Sequence record: PV683292.1
DNA: 64,000 nt
Origin: Klebsiella phage HMGUkp2
Direction: 5' to 3' (one strand)
The notes under the pieces are model-generated. The model made no database searches. It had not been told where the DNA came from and saw nothing but the letters and a program-made list of their open reading frames with translations. Positions 18,045-27,745 of the stretch are shown in pieces. Positions within the stretch are counted from its first letter, which is position 1, and each line of letters begins with the position of its first letter. A program made the position numbers and the translations under genes.

Positions 18045-18433
18045 ATATAGACAACATGTATTCGGACTTAGACCCGGACCTTAGAATGGCCTGGGATAAA
18101 GACGTTGCAAGAACTGTAGGCGCAAGAGCAGTAAAAAATAGCATCTTAGGGATTATCACTACAAGAAAGGGCAGTCGCCCTTTCAATCCAGACTTTGGGT
18201 GTAGCCTTTCGGATGAGTTGTTCGAAAATATGACTCCGTTAACTGCTGATACTATCCAGCGTAATATTGTATCAGCCATTCAAACCTACGAGCCGCGGGT
18301 AGAACGTCTACGTGTTGAGGTCTTGGCCTTATACGATGATAACGCTGTAGTCGTTACAGTGATGTTTTCTATCGTCGACGACCCGGATGTCTTAGAACGC
18401 ATCAAGATCAAATTACGTGCTTCTCGTCAATAG
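18041..18433 (+). CDS. 25: baseplate wedge subunit gp25 (gpW/lysozyme-like fold)
   Basis: 130 aa (T4 132); GSRPFNPDFGCSL motif; synteny. Confidence 0.85.
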   Translation: MNIDNMYSDLDPDLRMAWDKDVARTVGARAVKNSILGIITTRKGSRPFNPDFGCSLSDELFENMTPLTADTIQRNIVSAIQTYEPRVERLRVEVLALYDDNAVVVTVMFSIVDDPDVLERIKIKLRASRQ

Positions 18434-18477
18434 TGTGTATAATGGTTTAGGTCCTTTAAATTGAGATTGGTGATTAA

Positions 18478-18897
18478 ATGAAGTTGGAAGATTTACAAGA
18501 TGAATTAGACCGGGATTTAGTTATTGACCAGACAAAACTTCAGTATGAAGCTGCCAATAATCCTGTTGTCTATGGGCGGTGGGTACGTAAGCACTCTATA
18601 TGCCGTAAAGAAATGCTCCGTATTGAAGCCATGAAGAAACAAGCTATGAAGAAAAGACTTGATTACTACACGGGACGTGTAGAGCCTGGCGAAGAAGTGT
18701 GTATGGATTCGTATGAAAAGTCTGAACTAAAAACTGTAATGGCTGCAGATGAAACCATCTTAGGAACTGAAACCAAACTTCAGTACTGGGGTATTCTGCT
18801 TGAGTTCTGTAGTGATGCTATGGATGCTATTAAAGCTCGCGGATTCGCAATAAAAGCAATTATTGATCTTCGTAAATTCGAAGCAGGTGAAGCGTAA
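18478..18897 (+). CDS. uvsY: recombination mediator UvsY
   Basis: 139 aa (T4 137); N-terminus MKLEDLQDELDRDL...; synteny. Confidence 0.85.
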   Translation: MKLEDLQDELDRDLVIDQTKLQYEAANNPVVYGRWVRKHSICRKEMLRIEAMKKQAMKKRLDYYTGRVEPGEEVCMDSYEKSELKTVMAADETILGTETKLQYWGILLEFCSDAMDAIKARGFAIKAIIDLRKFEAGEA

Positions 18898-18927
18898 TAA
18901 ATAAGTTTATTAACAGAGGAGACAACC

Positions 18928-19092
18928 ATGTCGTGTATTTGTGTCGTCTGTAAGACTCCAATCGATGATGTATTGGTTGTTCAATCAGACAAAGGTCCGG
19001 TTCATCCCGGTCAATGCTATAATCATGCAGTTGAGATGCCAGTTACTGAGAATACAGAACAGCAACTTAACGAAGTGCAGCTTTTAATCTAG
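18928..19092 (+). CDS. small Cys-rich protein (uvsY.-2 position)
   Basis: 54-aa ORF MSCICVVCKTPIDD... with RBS GAGGAGA; below the ORF-track length cutoff. Confidence 0.35.
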   Translation: MSCICVVCKTPIDDVLVVQSDKGPVHPGQCYNHAVEMPVTENTEQQLNEVQLLI

Positions 19093-19126
19093 TGTGTAAC
19101 CTTATTGGTTATTCTTGGCTCTCCGT

Positions 19127-19152
19127 AAGGAGAGCCTTTTTTGTATCTAGAG
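19127..19152. terminator. bidirectional terminator GGCTCTCCGTAAGGAGAGCC + T6
   Basis: 8-bp perfect stem between converging + and - genes. Confidence 0.65.
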
Positions 19153-19153
19153 A

Positions 19154-19381
19154 TTAGAAGTTTTCTTCTTCCTCGTCAGAATCTATTGATTCCAGTTCTG
19201 CGCGTTTACCGGCCAAAGCATCGCGAATAGTGATATCATCAGAATCTTTCAAATCAGCTTCTTTTACACGCTTTTTGTAATATTTTTCCAGCTCATTAAG
19301 GCCATCAAGGGTCTGGCAAGAGTTTACTTTAGACATAAAATCTTCAATGGCGGCTTCGTATAAAAATTGTTTAAAGTCCAT
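19154..19381 (-). CDS. uvsW.1: UvsW.1 (C-terminal helicase-associated small protein)
   Basis: 75 aa, acidic C-terminus, directly downstream of uvsW. Confidence 0.6.
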   Translation of the reverse strand: MDFKQFLYEAAIEDFMSKVNSCQTLDGLNELEKYYKKRVKEADLKDSDDITIRDALAGKRAELESIDSDEEEENF

Positions 19382-19390
19382 AGCGGTTCC

Positions 19391-20890
19391 TTAGAGTTCG
19401 ACAAGTTTCATGACGTAATCGAATTTCTCATCAGCATAACGCTGGATACGTTCTAAGCCATGTTTGAGCAAATAGTTAATGTGAGTGTAAGTCTTTTTGG
19501 CATTAGCAGATTTAGGTTTAACACCACAGTCATCGATGATGTCCCAAACAGTTGCTACATCTTTAGAGCCATGCTTACGAAGTACTCGACCTATAGTCTG
19601 AAGTACAATAATCTTTGATTTAACACCGTGCGCTAAAATAACATGGTGTAGATTCTTAATACTGATTCCGGTAGAGAATACGCCGTACGATGCGACAACA
19701 ATAATTCCAGCTTCGTTTTCTGCCATCTTTTTAAGAGCAGTACGAGTATCTGTATCAATTTCACCGGATACATAGAATACTTTGTCGTGACCCAGGTCTT
19801 TAATCATCTGGAATAATTCTTTGCCGTGGCTGATGTTCTTGAACATCACGAAGGCGTTTTGGTTTTTATTAGCTAATTTAACGGCTAGATTTGCAATCCA
19901 TTTATTACGGCGTTTAACTGAAGTGATATATTTAATCTCTTCTTGGTAAGTTTTACCTTTCAAAGCAACAGTAACGTTATCTGGATACCGAAGTCTGATA
20001 GCGTTAATTTTAAGCTCAGTAACAGCGCCTTCTTCCATCAACTGCGAAGTTGATACTGGTTTAAAGATATCACCAAACAGACCTTGATACTGCATCAAAT
20101 TAGCTTTGCCGTCTTTCAAAGAACCGGAAAGTCCGAATTTGAACATGCAGTTATTTAACCCGGCAATAATGGTAGAGATAGATTTACCTGTCGCAAGATG
20201 ACATTCATCGTTCATCATAAGACCGAACTGGCTAAACCATTCTTTAGGCTGTTTAATAGCAGTCTGCCAAGTACTAACATAAACAACTGCAGAAGAATCT
20301 TTCTTAGTACCGCTTCTGATACCAAGCATATTGTCTCTTTTGAACAAACGATAATCACAGAAGTCGTCTATCATTTGATCAACAAGGGCGGTAGTAGGAA
20401 CAATTATCAGAATTTTACCTTCATAGTTCTCTACGTAATAACGACTCAGGAGCGCCTGGATCAATGATTTACCTGCCGATGTAGGTAAATTCAGCAGAGC
20501 ACGTCTTTCTTTAAGACCCTTAAACACGGCTTCTTTCTGGTACCAATGAGGTGTAATCTTAGTCAATCCAGAATAGATTTCTTTAGAATCGAGCCATTTA
20601 TCAAAAGATTCTTGAGTGATTTCTTCTTTTTCAAAAATCACAGGGTCTGCATGGATTTTATAACCCATGTTGTTGGCGAATTTCTGTACCTGGTTCACCA
20701 GACCGAATGGAAGTAATCTGTCGTAACCTAATAGACGAATACGCCCGTCCCATTGACCATAACGAAATTTTGGATTAAACTTATAGCCTTCGGCTTCGAA
20801 GGAGAAAAAGTCTCTTAGTTCGTAGAAGATGCCTTCATCGCATTCAACCAGAACGTGACTAAAATCATGAAATTTTAATTTGATGTCCAC
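19391..20890 (-). CDS. uvsW: UvsW DNA/RNA-DNA helicase (SF2)
   Basis: 499 aa; Walker A LPTSAGKS; DECH-box MMNDECH; synteny. Confidence 0.85.
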   Translation of the reverse strand: MDIKLKFHDFSHVLVECDEGIFYELRDFFSFEAEGYKFNPKFRYGQWDGRIRLLGYDRLLPFGLVNQVQKFANNMGYKIHADPVIFEKEEITQESFDKWLDSKEIYSGLTKITPHWYQKEAVFKGLKERRALLNLPTSAGKSLIQALLSRYYVENYEGKILIIVPTTALVDQMIDDFCDYRLFKRDNMLGIRSGTKKDSSAVVYVSTWQTAIKQPKEWFSQFGLMMNDECHLATGKSISTIIAGLNNCMFKFGLSGSLKDGKANLMQYQGLFGDIFKPVSTSQLMEEGAVTELKINAIRLRYPDNVTVALKGKTYQEEIKYITSVKRRNKWIANLAVKLANKNQNAFVMFKNISHGKELFQMIKDLGHDKVFYVSGEIDTDTRTALKKMAENEAGIIVVASYGVFSTGISIKNLHHVILAHGVKSKIIVLQTIGRVLRKHGSKDVATVWDIIDDCGVKPKSANAKKTYTHINYLLKHGLERIQRYADEKFDYVMKLVEL

Positions 20891-20906
20891 AGCGTATAGC
20901 CTCAGT

Positions 20907-20928
20907 TATAAATACATACATATTTATA
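20907..20928. promoter_or_regulatory. divergent late promoters (TATAAATA at 20907-20914 on +; TATAAATA on - as complement of 20921-20928)
   Basis: TTATAAATACATACATATTTATAC lies between the uvsW (-) and inh-like (+) starts. Confidence 0.6.
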
Positions 20929-20947
20929 CACTAGAAAGAGAGACACT

Positions 20948-21667
20948 ATGGACAAGCAATATATAGATGACCTTCGCGGTCTTGAAAATAAAAAAGAAGC
21001 TAAAGCCAAACTTATTGAATATGCTGAAGGATTTAATATCCGACTGAAAAAGAGTAAAGGCTTTGAAAACCTAGTCTTAGACATCGAAGCAGCTTTTAAA
21101 AAGATGGCAGAAGAGCCTATGCCGGAAGATAACGAAGGTCTGAGTATTAGCGATCTTATTGCTGCTGATGACGAACTTGAAGGCAGGAATGATTTTGTAA
21201 TCAGTGATGAAGAAGCTAAGCCTGAAGCTAAACTGCTATTTGATTCTCCAGAAATTCCTGTATCTATTCACGAAATCAAAGAAACCGTTCAAGATCAATC
21301 AGTTATTGAAGAAAAAGCTATTCATATTGAGGCGCCTATAGGTGAATTCTCCGAACCCAAGGCTAAGCTTTCTGAAAATACCTTTGAAGAAGCTGTATCT
21401 AAAATTATCGCTGATGAAACTACTTTTGAACTACCGGAAAACTTTAGCCCTCATTTTATTCTGATGGGACGTAATCCAGGGTACGTGACATTACCGTGGT
21501 GGATTTACAAGTGGATTAAAGATACCCCTGATTGGAAATCTAGACCTACCAGTTTCCCACATCCTAGTGCACACCAGACACTGTTTAGTTTAATTTATTA
21601 CATCAAAAGAAACGGATCTATTATGATTCGTGAAACCCGTAATTCTTCGTTTGTAACTTTAAAATAA
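20948..21667 (+). CDS. inh: Inh-like protein (inhibitor of prohead protease gp21), position-based call
   Basis: 239 aa, acidic N-terminal half; between uvsW and hoc as T4 inh (226 aa). Confidence 0.4.
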   Translation: MDKQYIDDLRGLENKKEAKAKLIEYAEGFNIRLKKSKGFENLVLDIEAAFKKMAEEPMPEDNEGLSISDLIAADDELEGRNDFVISDEEAKPEAKLLFDSPEIPVSIHEIKETVQDQSVIEEKAIHIEAPIGEFSEPKAKLSENTFEEAVSKIIADETTFELPENFSPHFILMGRNPGYVTLPWWIYKWIKDTPDWKSRPTSFPHPSAHQTLFSLIYYIKRNGSIMIRETRNSSFVTLK

Positions 21668-21676
21668 GGACCGACT

Positions 21677-22810
21677 ATGGCTTATAGCGTATCTATTGCT
21701 CCTTTGGCTGCCTCAGCAGTCATTGGGGCTACAACTAATTTTACTGCAACCACGTCTGGTGCTGCGGTCGAAGGCACAGAAACATTTGAGTGGACTGTAA
21801 ATGGCGTAAAGCAATCTTCTGTTACTGCAGCTATGAATTATGTTGCTGCAGGACCTGCAGGTAGTAAGACTGTTAAAGTAGTTGCTACCGTCACTCCAGC
21901 TGAAGGCGATCCTGAAACGGCCGAAGCAGAAACTACTCTGACGGTTAAGAACAAAACCATGCCTGCTATTACTTTAACTTTGAGCCCAACTTCAGTTTCT
22001 AAAGAAATTGGCCAATCTCAAGTAGTTACAGCGGATGTTAGCGGGGCACCGGCGGGAGCAAGCATTGCTTACGTGTGGAAACGTGGTACTACTGTTATTG
22101 CAGGCCAAACAGGTAAAACAATTACCTTAACTGAATCAGCGGAAACTAGCTATACACTTAATTGTGAAGTAACGGTTTCTGCGCCAGATTATAATAATGG
22201 AACTGCAACTAAAGGTATCACTGTTGCTTTTACTAAAAAGACCATGAGCGGTGTTTCTGTTACTTTGACTCCTGAGTCTATTACGACCGAACAAGGGTCT
22301 GAAGCATCTTTTAAAGCCAATGTTATCGGCGCACCTTCAGGCGCATCTGTAGCTTATTCATGGACTAAAGACGGTTCTCCTATTGAAGGATCAACAAGTA
22401 CTCTAGAAATTGATACATCTACCATAGGGCCACAAGTAATCGGGGTTTCGGCTGTTGTTTCTGCTCCAGATTATAAACCAGCTACAGTTACTAAAACCGG
22501 TAATGTAACTATTACTAAAAGGGTAGCCCCTACTCCTGACGGAGAACTTCCATACGTTCATCCGCTCCCGTTCAGAGGTTCAGCTTATATCTGGTGCGGA
22601 TGGTGGGTAATGGATGAAATCCAACAAATGACTCTTGAAGGCAAAGATTGGAAACTGGATGATCCTGACAGCGATTATTACTTGCATCGGTATACCCTGG
22701 CTAAAATGCTAGAAGAGTACCCTGAAGTCGATGTCCAAGAATCTAGAAATGGCCGTGTTGTTCACCGGTCCGCTCTTGATGTTGGAATAATCTACGACTA
22801 TATCTACTAA
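21677..22810 (+). CDS. hoc: Hoc, highly immunogenic outer capsid protein with tandem Ig-like domains
   Basis: 377 aa (T4 376); three about 90-aa Ig-like repeats (…TVSAPDYNNGTATK…, …VVSAPDYKPATVTK…); synteny. Confidence 0.7.
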   Translation: MAYSVSIAPLAASAVIGATTNFTATTSGAAVEGTETFEWTVNGVKQSSVTAAMNYVAAGPAGSKTVKVVATVTPAEGDPETAEAETTLTVKNKTMPAITLTLSPTSVSKEIGQSQVVTADVSGAPAGASIAYVWKRGTTVIAGQTGKTITLTESAETSYTLNCEVTVSAPDYNNGTATKGITVAFTKKTMSGVSVTLTPESITTEQGSEASFKANVIGAPSGASVAYSWTKDGSPIEGSTSTLEIDTSTIGPQVIGVSAVVSAPDYKPATVTKTGNVTITKRVAPTPDGELPYVHPLPFRGSAYIWCGWWVMDEIQQMTLEGKDWKLDDPDSDYYLHRYTLAKMLEEYPEVDVQESRNGRVVHRSALDVGIIYDYIY

Positions 22811-22814
22811 TAGT

Positions 22815-22828
22815 GGGGCTTCGGCCCC
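22815..22828 (+). other. GGGGCTTCGGCCCC UUCG-tetraloop hairpin (copy 3)
   Basis: Identical to the 3303 and 4778 copies; directly after the hoc stop. Confidence 0.6.
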
Positions 22829-22909
22829 ACACGGGCATCTAAAGGCTCCGGAGTTAGCTTTAAAACTTTTATGATTTAATAACCCCAACATCACTAAGTG
22901 GAGCTAACC

Positions 22910-23128
22910 ATGCAAGCATTAAAGATTCATATGATGCATGAAACTGGTACTAGTTTTATTGACATCGCTAAACAGTTTGGTATCAGTGCTAAAGAAGCTA
23001 TGCAGGAATGGATAAAAGTCGAAAAAGCTAGAGAGCGAGCCAAAGCCCGTGAGCGTGTGGTTTATCGTAAACGGCTTATTACAGACCATACTAAATTAGT
23101 TGAAAAAATGAGGTGTTATAATGCATGA
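22910..23128 (+). CDS. hypothetical protein with putative HTH (…TSFIDIAKQFGISAKEA…)
   Basis: ORF 22898-23128 trimmed to ATG 22910 (GGAG RBS). Confidence 0.4.
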   Translation: MQALKIHMMHETGTSFIDIAKQFGISAKEAMQEWIKVEKARERAKARERVVYRKRLITDHTKLVEKMRCYNA

Positions 23129-23483
23129 TTCTGTATTTCAATCAGATGTAAAATCTCGGCGTATTCAAGGATGGGACGAATCAGGGCAACCTATTGGCGG
23201 CCTGAAGGCACTCGTTAACGAGCCACGTGTTTCTACATTAGTAGAACACTATGGTGCCCTGGCGGACTCTGTCGCTACGACCGAATTGAAAAAAGCCAAA
23301 GACGAAGTTGAACTGGAATTTAAAACTCATGCTCTGAAAGGCAAACGCCAGTTTAATTGGTATCCATCCTCGTTGGCAAAGAAATATAAAGACCAGCTGA
23401 TTAAATGGATGCAAGACGACGGCGTGGTAGTTAATTGGAAGCATGATCAACGAGATGGTGACTGGGTAGAAATTACATTCTAA
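23121..23483 (+). CDS. hypothetical protein
   Basis: 120-aa ORF, overlapping start with upstream ORF. Confidence 0.45.
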   Translation: MHDSVFQSDVKSRRIQGWDESGQPIGGLKALVNEPRVSTLVEHYGALADSVATTELKKAKDEVELEFKTHALKGKRQFNWYPSSLAKKYKDQLIKWMQDDGVVVNWKHDQRDGDWVEITF

Positions 23484-23511
23484 TATGCTTTAAAAATTTT
23501 TGTGATATATT
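23481..23511 (+). promoter_or_regulatory. MotA-dependent middle promoter: TGCTTTA (23486-23492), 12-13 nt, ATATAT/TATATT
   Basis: Same architecture as at 1503 and 62681; upstream of rnlB. Confidence 0.5.
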
Positions 23512-23597
23512 CGGTATAATGGGTTTAAGCTAAGAGTACTGGCGGTAGAAGTCTTTACTCTTTTAATTATGTTTGTTCTGATATTTAAAGGTGAAAT

Positions 23598-24596
23598 GTG
23601 TTTGAGAAATATTCTAGTCTTGAGAATCACTACAATAATAAATTTATTGAAAAGATTCGACACCACGGTTATGATGTAACTGAAGGCTGGTGTGCACGTG
23701 AAAAGATTCATGGTACCAACTTTTCTATTATCATTGAACGTGACGCAGTCACATGCGCGAAGCGCACAGGCCCTATCCTTCCAGCTGAAGATTTCTTTGG
23801 GTACACGGTTATTCTGAAGAAATACAATGACTCTATTAAAGCCGTACAAAATACAATTAAAGAAGGCTGCAGCATGCAGATCTTCGGCGAATTCGCTGGC
23901 ACTGGTATCCAGAAAGGTGTTGATTACGGCGAGAAAGACTTCTATGTCTTTGATATCTTGGTTAAAACTGATAAAGGTACTAACCAGTTCGTAGATGACT
24001 TTACGATGGAACAGATGTGTTGCACCTTTGGTTTTAAGGTTGCACCTCTGATGGGCCGTGGTTCATTTGATGAACTAATTAAACTGCCTAATGAGTTCCA
24101 GATTAACGTTAAACGTTACAACGAAGCCGCGGCTGAAGATCTCAGAAATGCTAATACCCGAGTCTGGTCGGCCGAAGAAGCCACAGATAACACGGCAGAA
24201 GGTTATGTACTGAAACCTAACTATCCACGGTTCCTGGCTAACGGCAGTCGTGTGGCTATCAAGTGTAAGAACTCTAAGTTCAGCGAAAAAGCTAAATCTG
24301 ATAAGCCTATTAAGCCTAAAGCTGTTCTGGGTGAAATTGACAAAGAGGTTCTGCAGAAATTCTCTGAATACGTTACTATTCAGCGTGTAAATAACGTTAT
24401 TAGTAAGATCGGTAAGGTTGGTCCTAAAGACTTTGGAAAGGTTATGGGCTTGACAGTTCAAGATATCCTTATTGAAGCTGAACGAGAAGGGCTCGAGGTA
24501 ATTCAAGCAGAACAACCTGATATCGTGAAGAAAGAAATTACTAAGCTGGTACAAGACGTGCTTCGCCCAGCTTGGATTGAATTGGTAAGTAATTAA
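23598..24596 (+). CDS. rnlB: RNA ligase 2 (Rnl2)
   Basis: 332 aa; N-terminus [19 protein letters not shown]...[14 protein letters not shown] (nucleotidyltransferase motif KxHGxNF) is near-identical to T4 Rnl2 (gp24.1, 334 aa). Confidence 0.9.
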   Translation: MFEKYSSLENHYNNKFIEKIRHHGYDVTEGWCAREKIHGTNFSIIIERDAVTCAKRTGPILPAEDFFGYTVILKKYNDSIKAVQNTIKEGCSMQIFGEFAGTGIQKGVDYGEKDFYVFDILVKTDKGTNQFVDDFTMEQMCCTFGFKVAPLMGRGSFDELIKLPNEFQINVKRYNEAAAEDLRNANTRVWSAEEATDNTAEGYVLKPNYPRFLANGSRVAIKCKNSKFSEKAKSDKPIKPKAVLGEIDKEVLQKFSEYVTIQRVNNVISKIGKVGPKDFGKVMGLTVQDILIEAEREGLEVIQAEQPDIVKKEITKLVQDVLRPAWIELVSN

Positions 24597-25140
24597 TGAG
24601 AGTGGCGCTTATTGGTTCTCGAAAGGCGCCCCGCAAAGTTCTTGATTTGATGATATCTATAGGTGAAAACTTTTCAAATAAAGGGTATTTAGCTTATAGT
24701 GGCGGAGCTCCTGGTTCAGATGAAGCCTGGCTGGCAAAATACGATAGGTCTAAATCTTTAAGAATAATACCTTACAACGGGTTCTGCGGGCACTTTGTAG
24801 GCCCAGGGGTTGTAAGTTTTGAAAACTTACCAGCAGACGTTCAAACTGCTAGTTATAGAATAGCTCAATCAGTTACCTCGTACTGGGAAAACTGTTCAGA
24901 TATAGTTAGAAAGTTGTTTGCTCGTAACGCGTGTCAAGTTCTTGGATTAACCTGTCAAAACCCTGTGGATTTAGTTTTATACTGGGCCCGGTTAGAAACG
25001 GTAGAGTTAAAGGCGGGACTAGAGTTGCAGTTGATATAGCTAAAAAGTATGGTATCAAATGTATTAATCTGAACAATTCAGAAGTATTTAAAAAATTCGA
25101 AGATAAGTATAGGCCGAAGTTTGATATTTTCAGTTTATAA
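24596..25140 (+). pseudogene. DprA/Smf-like (SLOG Rossmann) gene split by a frameshift: 24596-25039 in frame 2, continuing 24931-25140 in frame 1
   Basis: N-part LIGSRKAP...YSGGAPGSDEAWLA...ARNACQVLGL matches the DprA Rossmann core (SGxAxGID...RNRIIAGL). The downstream frame encodes GRVKGGTRVAVDIAKKYGIKCINL (compare DprA SGSLITAxxALEQGRxVFAVPG). Frame change lies near 24985-25010. Confidence 0.5.
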
Positions 25141-25164
25141 GGGAGCCATAAGGCCCCATTTTTA
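25141..25164. terminator. bidirectional hairpin GGGAGCCATAAGGCCCC + TTTTTATTT
   Basis: Sits between the converging DprA-like (+) and gp24 (-) genes. Confidence 0.5.
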
Positions 25165-26430
25165 TTTCTCGAGCGGTGGTAACTTAACGCCGAGGTAAGA
25201 ACTTAATAGACTCTGACCAGCCATCTTATCCATATCAGAACCATCGATGATTCGAGCTTCTTTTTCATCTTTAGCAACAGTGTAAGGATTAGCAGACAAA
25301 GCATAACGTGCGAGTAAAGAAATAGTAGGCTGTAAAGAATCAGGGTCGACAACTATCTTGAATTCGCCCATTTGATCTACATCATCTTCTACATCCATAC
25401 CTTCAGTATACGGCGCGTAATATAATGATGCCACCGTCTGGCCTTCACCCATATCTGCATTAACACCAACAATCACATATTCTGCCGGCGTATTCATATC
25501 CGCATAAAGAGGCAGACCATTCTTCAGATAGCCGTAGGCTAACTCATCACCGTCATCTCGTTTTTCAACCCAGCCAGAAGCAGCTAAAATAGCCGCACAG
25601 CGAGAACTAGCCACAGCATATGTCCCGGCGAACGAAGTATTGCGTTGGACGGCAGAATTCATCTCACACATATAGTAATACAACGTACGTGCACGATCCT
25701 GGGCATTATCATATTTAGGGTCCGTAAGGTCTAAAACCCCTTTAGACGACACACCGCGAACTTTAAACCTACTAGAAACTGTAACCAACGATTGAAGAAT
25801 GTCTTTGTTTACTTCTTCAGCCATCTGGATACCTAGCATATCGTCTAAGAAATCAGGGGCATCGAATCCATTAGCTTCTAGGTCTTGGGCTAATTCAACA
25901 GTAACAGAAGTTTTAAGTTTACGGGATTTAACTGTAGTTTGCCATTTATCGACACGGAACCCGGCTTCAGCTATTTCAGGGTGCCCGGCCTCAAACTGAG
26001 CAGTAGGGGCAGCGTCAGAAACCATGCGGATAGTTCCAGCCGCAATAGCTTCAGAAATAAGCTCATCATGGCTGGTTTCAGTAGATCCAGCAAAAGGATT
26101 ATCTTCAAGGGCTTTAAAGACAACAGAGTTATGCTTGAACAGGTCACCTTTATTATATGGGGCTTGGCCGACGAATTCCGGTGTATTGGCCCTGGATTCA
26201 GGACCCATAAGTCCGCCAAATGTAGCGCCGCCTACATAAGTCATATTATCTTCAGGGTTCAGAACTCTGATACCATATAAAGCGGCAACCGGCTGACGAG
26301 TGCGCTGTTCTGCCACAAGGGCCTTAAAGATTCTTTTATTAGTTGCTTTGGTGTATGAAAGTAAATCAGGCCTCCCGGCCTGATTAGAAGAGGTTAAAGT
26401 ACTTTCTTGGATTAATCGATCTATTTTCAT
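25162..26430 (-). CDS. 24: prohead vertex protein gp24, paralog B (distal copy)
   Basis: 422 aa; HK97-fold capsid family; about 50% identical to the adjacent copy; T4 gp24 is 427 aa. Confidence 0.8.
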   Translation of the reverse strand: MKIDRLIQESTLTSSNQAGRPDLLSYTKATNKRIFKALVAEQRTRQPVAALYGIRVLNPEDNMTYVGGATFGGLMGPESRANTPEFVGQAPYNKGDLFKHNSVVFKALEDNPFAGSTETSHDELISEAIAAGTIRMVSDAAPTAQFEAGHPEIAEAGFRVDKWQTTVKSRKLKTSVTVELAQDLEANGFDAPDFLDDMLGIQMAEEVNKDILQSLVTVSSRFKVRGVSSKGVLDLTDPKYDNAQDRARTLYYYMCEMNSAVQRNTSFAGTYAVASSRCAAILAASGWVEKRDDGDELAYGYLKNGLPLYADMNTPAEYVIVGVNADMGEGQTVASLYYAPYTEGMDVEDDVDQMGEFKIVVDPDSLQPTISLLARYALSANPYTVAKDEKEARIIDGSDMDKMAGQSLLSSYLGVKLPPLEK

Positions 26431-27701
26431 TATGGCTCACTTAAAATAGCAGGGAGTTTAACACCCAGAAGGACAGACATGTCGCTTTGACCCGCCATCT
26501 TATCCATATTGGTTGCATCAATATCTCGAGCTTCTTTTTCATCTTTAGCAACGGTATATGGGTTAGCAGACAACGCGTACCGAACCATCAACGAAATAGT
26601 AGGCTGTAAAGAATCCGGGTCGACAACTACCTTAAAGGCGCCGACATGTTCATCATTATCAAGATCAAGGCCTTCAGTATAAGGTGCATAGAACAAAGAT
26701 CCGATAACTTCACTGCCGCCGAAGGATTCTTTAACACCTACAGTGACATAATCTAATGGGCTATTAACATCAACAAATACCGGAAGACCATTAGCCAGGA
26801 ACCCGTACGCAGATTCTGCAAGGTATTCATCATCTTCAGGGCGGTGTTTCAGCCATCCAGACCCAGCCAGAACAGCAGCAGCACGAGCACTAGCAACGAC
26901 AAAGGTCCCAGAATAAGAAGTTTTACTTTGAATATGGCTGTTCATTTCGCAAACTAATTGGTAAAGTTTACGGGCCGCTTCAGGGGCGCTTGAATAAGAT
27001 AAATCGACAGATCCGTCGTCAGAAACGCCTGCAACTTTATAACGTTTAGAAACTGTAATCAAGGATTGAAGAACGTCCTTATTGATTTCATCGGCCATTG
27101 TTGTTGCAAGAAGATCTTCAAGAAACATATTAGCATCAAAGCCGTTAGCTTCTAGATCCTGGGCCAGTTCAACCGTCAGAGAAGTTTTCAGCTTACGGGT
27201 TTTAACTCGAGCGTTCCATTTGTTAACAGTGAAATTAGCAGAACTAATTTCTACATTATTAGATTCAAATTTAGCCGTTTCAGCGGCCTCAGAATAAAAA
27301 CGAAGCTTTAAAGTGATAAGGGCTTCAGACAGCGCCTCGTCAATCGTAGCGCCGTTTAGAGCACCCGATTCTAAGGCCTTATAAACCACATTGTTATACT
27401 TATAAAGTGTCCCTGCCGTCACAGAGTGTGTTGCAGAAGTAATTTCTTCTATACTATCCCGGTCAGATGCAGAAGCAGCACCGCCGTAAGTAGCACCTGT
27501 TTTAAAAGAGAGTTCATCGTCTGGGGTTTCGTATTTAACACCATACAGAGCAGCAACAGGCTGAGTAGTACGTTGTTCGGCGACGATGTCAGTGTAAACC
27601 AATTTAGTAGTAGCGCGGGTCAATGCAACGAGATTCGGGCGACCATATTGGATGCTATTCGTTACAGTTGATTCGCGCAGAAGTTCGTTAATTTTAGCCA
27701 T
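26430..27701 (-). CDS. 24: prohead vertex protein gp24, paralog A (proximal to gene 23)
   Basis: 423 aa; MAKINELLRESTVTNS...; late promoter and hairpin immediately upstream. Confidence 0.85.
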   Translation of the reverse strand: MAKINELLRESTVTNSIQYGRPNLVALTRATTKLVYTDIVAEQRTTQPVAALYGVKYETPDDELSFKTGATYGGAASASDRDSIEEITSATHSVTAGTLYKYNNVVYKALESGALNGATIDEALSEALITLKLRFYSEAAETAKFESNNVEISSANFTVNKWNARVKTRKLKTSLTVELAQDLEANGFDANMFLEDLLATTMADEINKDVLQSLITVSKRYKVAGVSDDGSVDLSYSSAPEAARKLYQLVCEMNSHIQSKTSYSGTFVVASARAAAVLAGSGWLKHRPEDDEYLAESAYGFLANGLPVFVDVNSPLDYVTVGVKESFGGSEVIGSLFYAPYTEGLDLDNDEHVGAFKVVVDPDSLQPTISLMVRYALSANPYTVAKDEKEARDIDATNMDKMAGQSDMSVLLGVKLPAILSEP

Positions 27702-27727
27702 TGCGCTTTCCTCGGGTTGATATAATT

Positions 27728-27735
27728 CTATTTAT
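27728..27735 (-). promoter_or_regulatory. late promoter TATAAATA for gene 24
   Basis: Complement of TATTTATA; followed on the - strand by RBS GAGGAAAG and the gp24 ATG. Confidence 0.65.
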
Positions 27736-27745
27736 AAAGGTCTAC

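Noticed and set aside
23500-23520. Possible sigma70 promoter TTGTGA…TATAAT upstream of rnlB
   Set aside because: Spacer is only 9 nt; the MotA-box reading (TGCTTTA-N12-ATATAT) fits better and recurs at two other sites.
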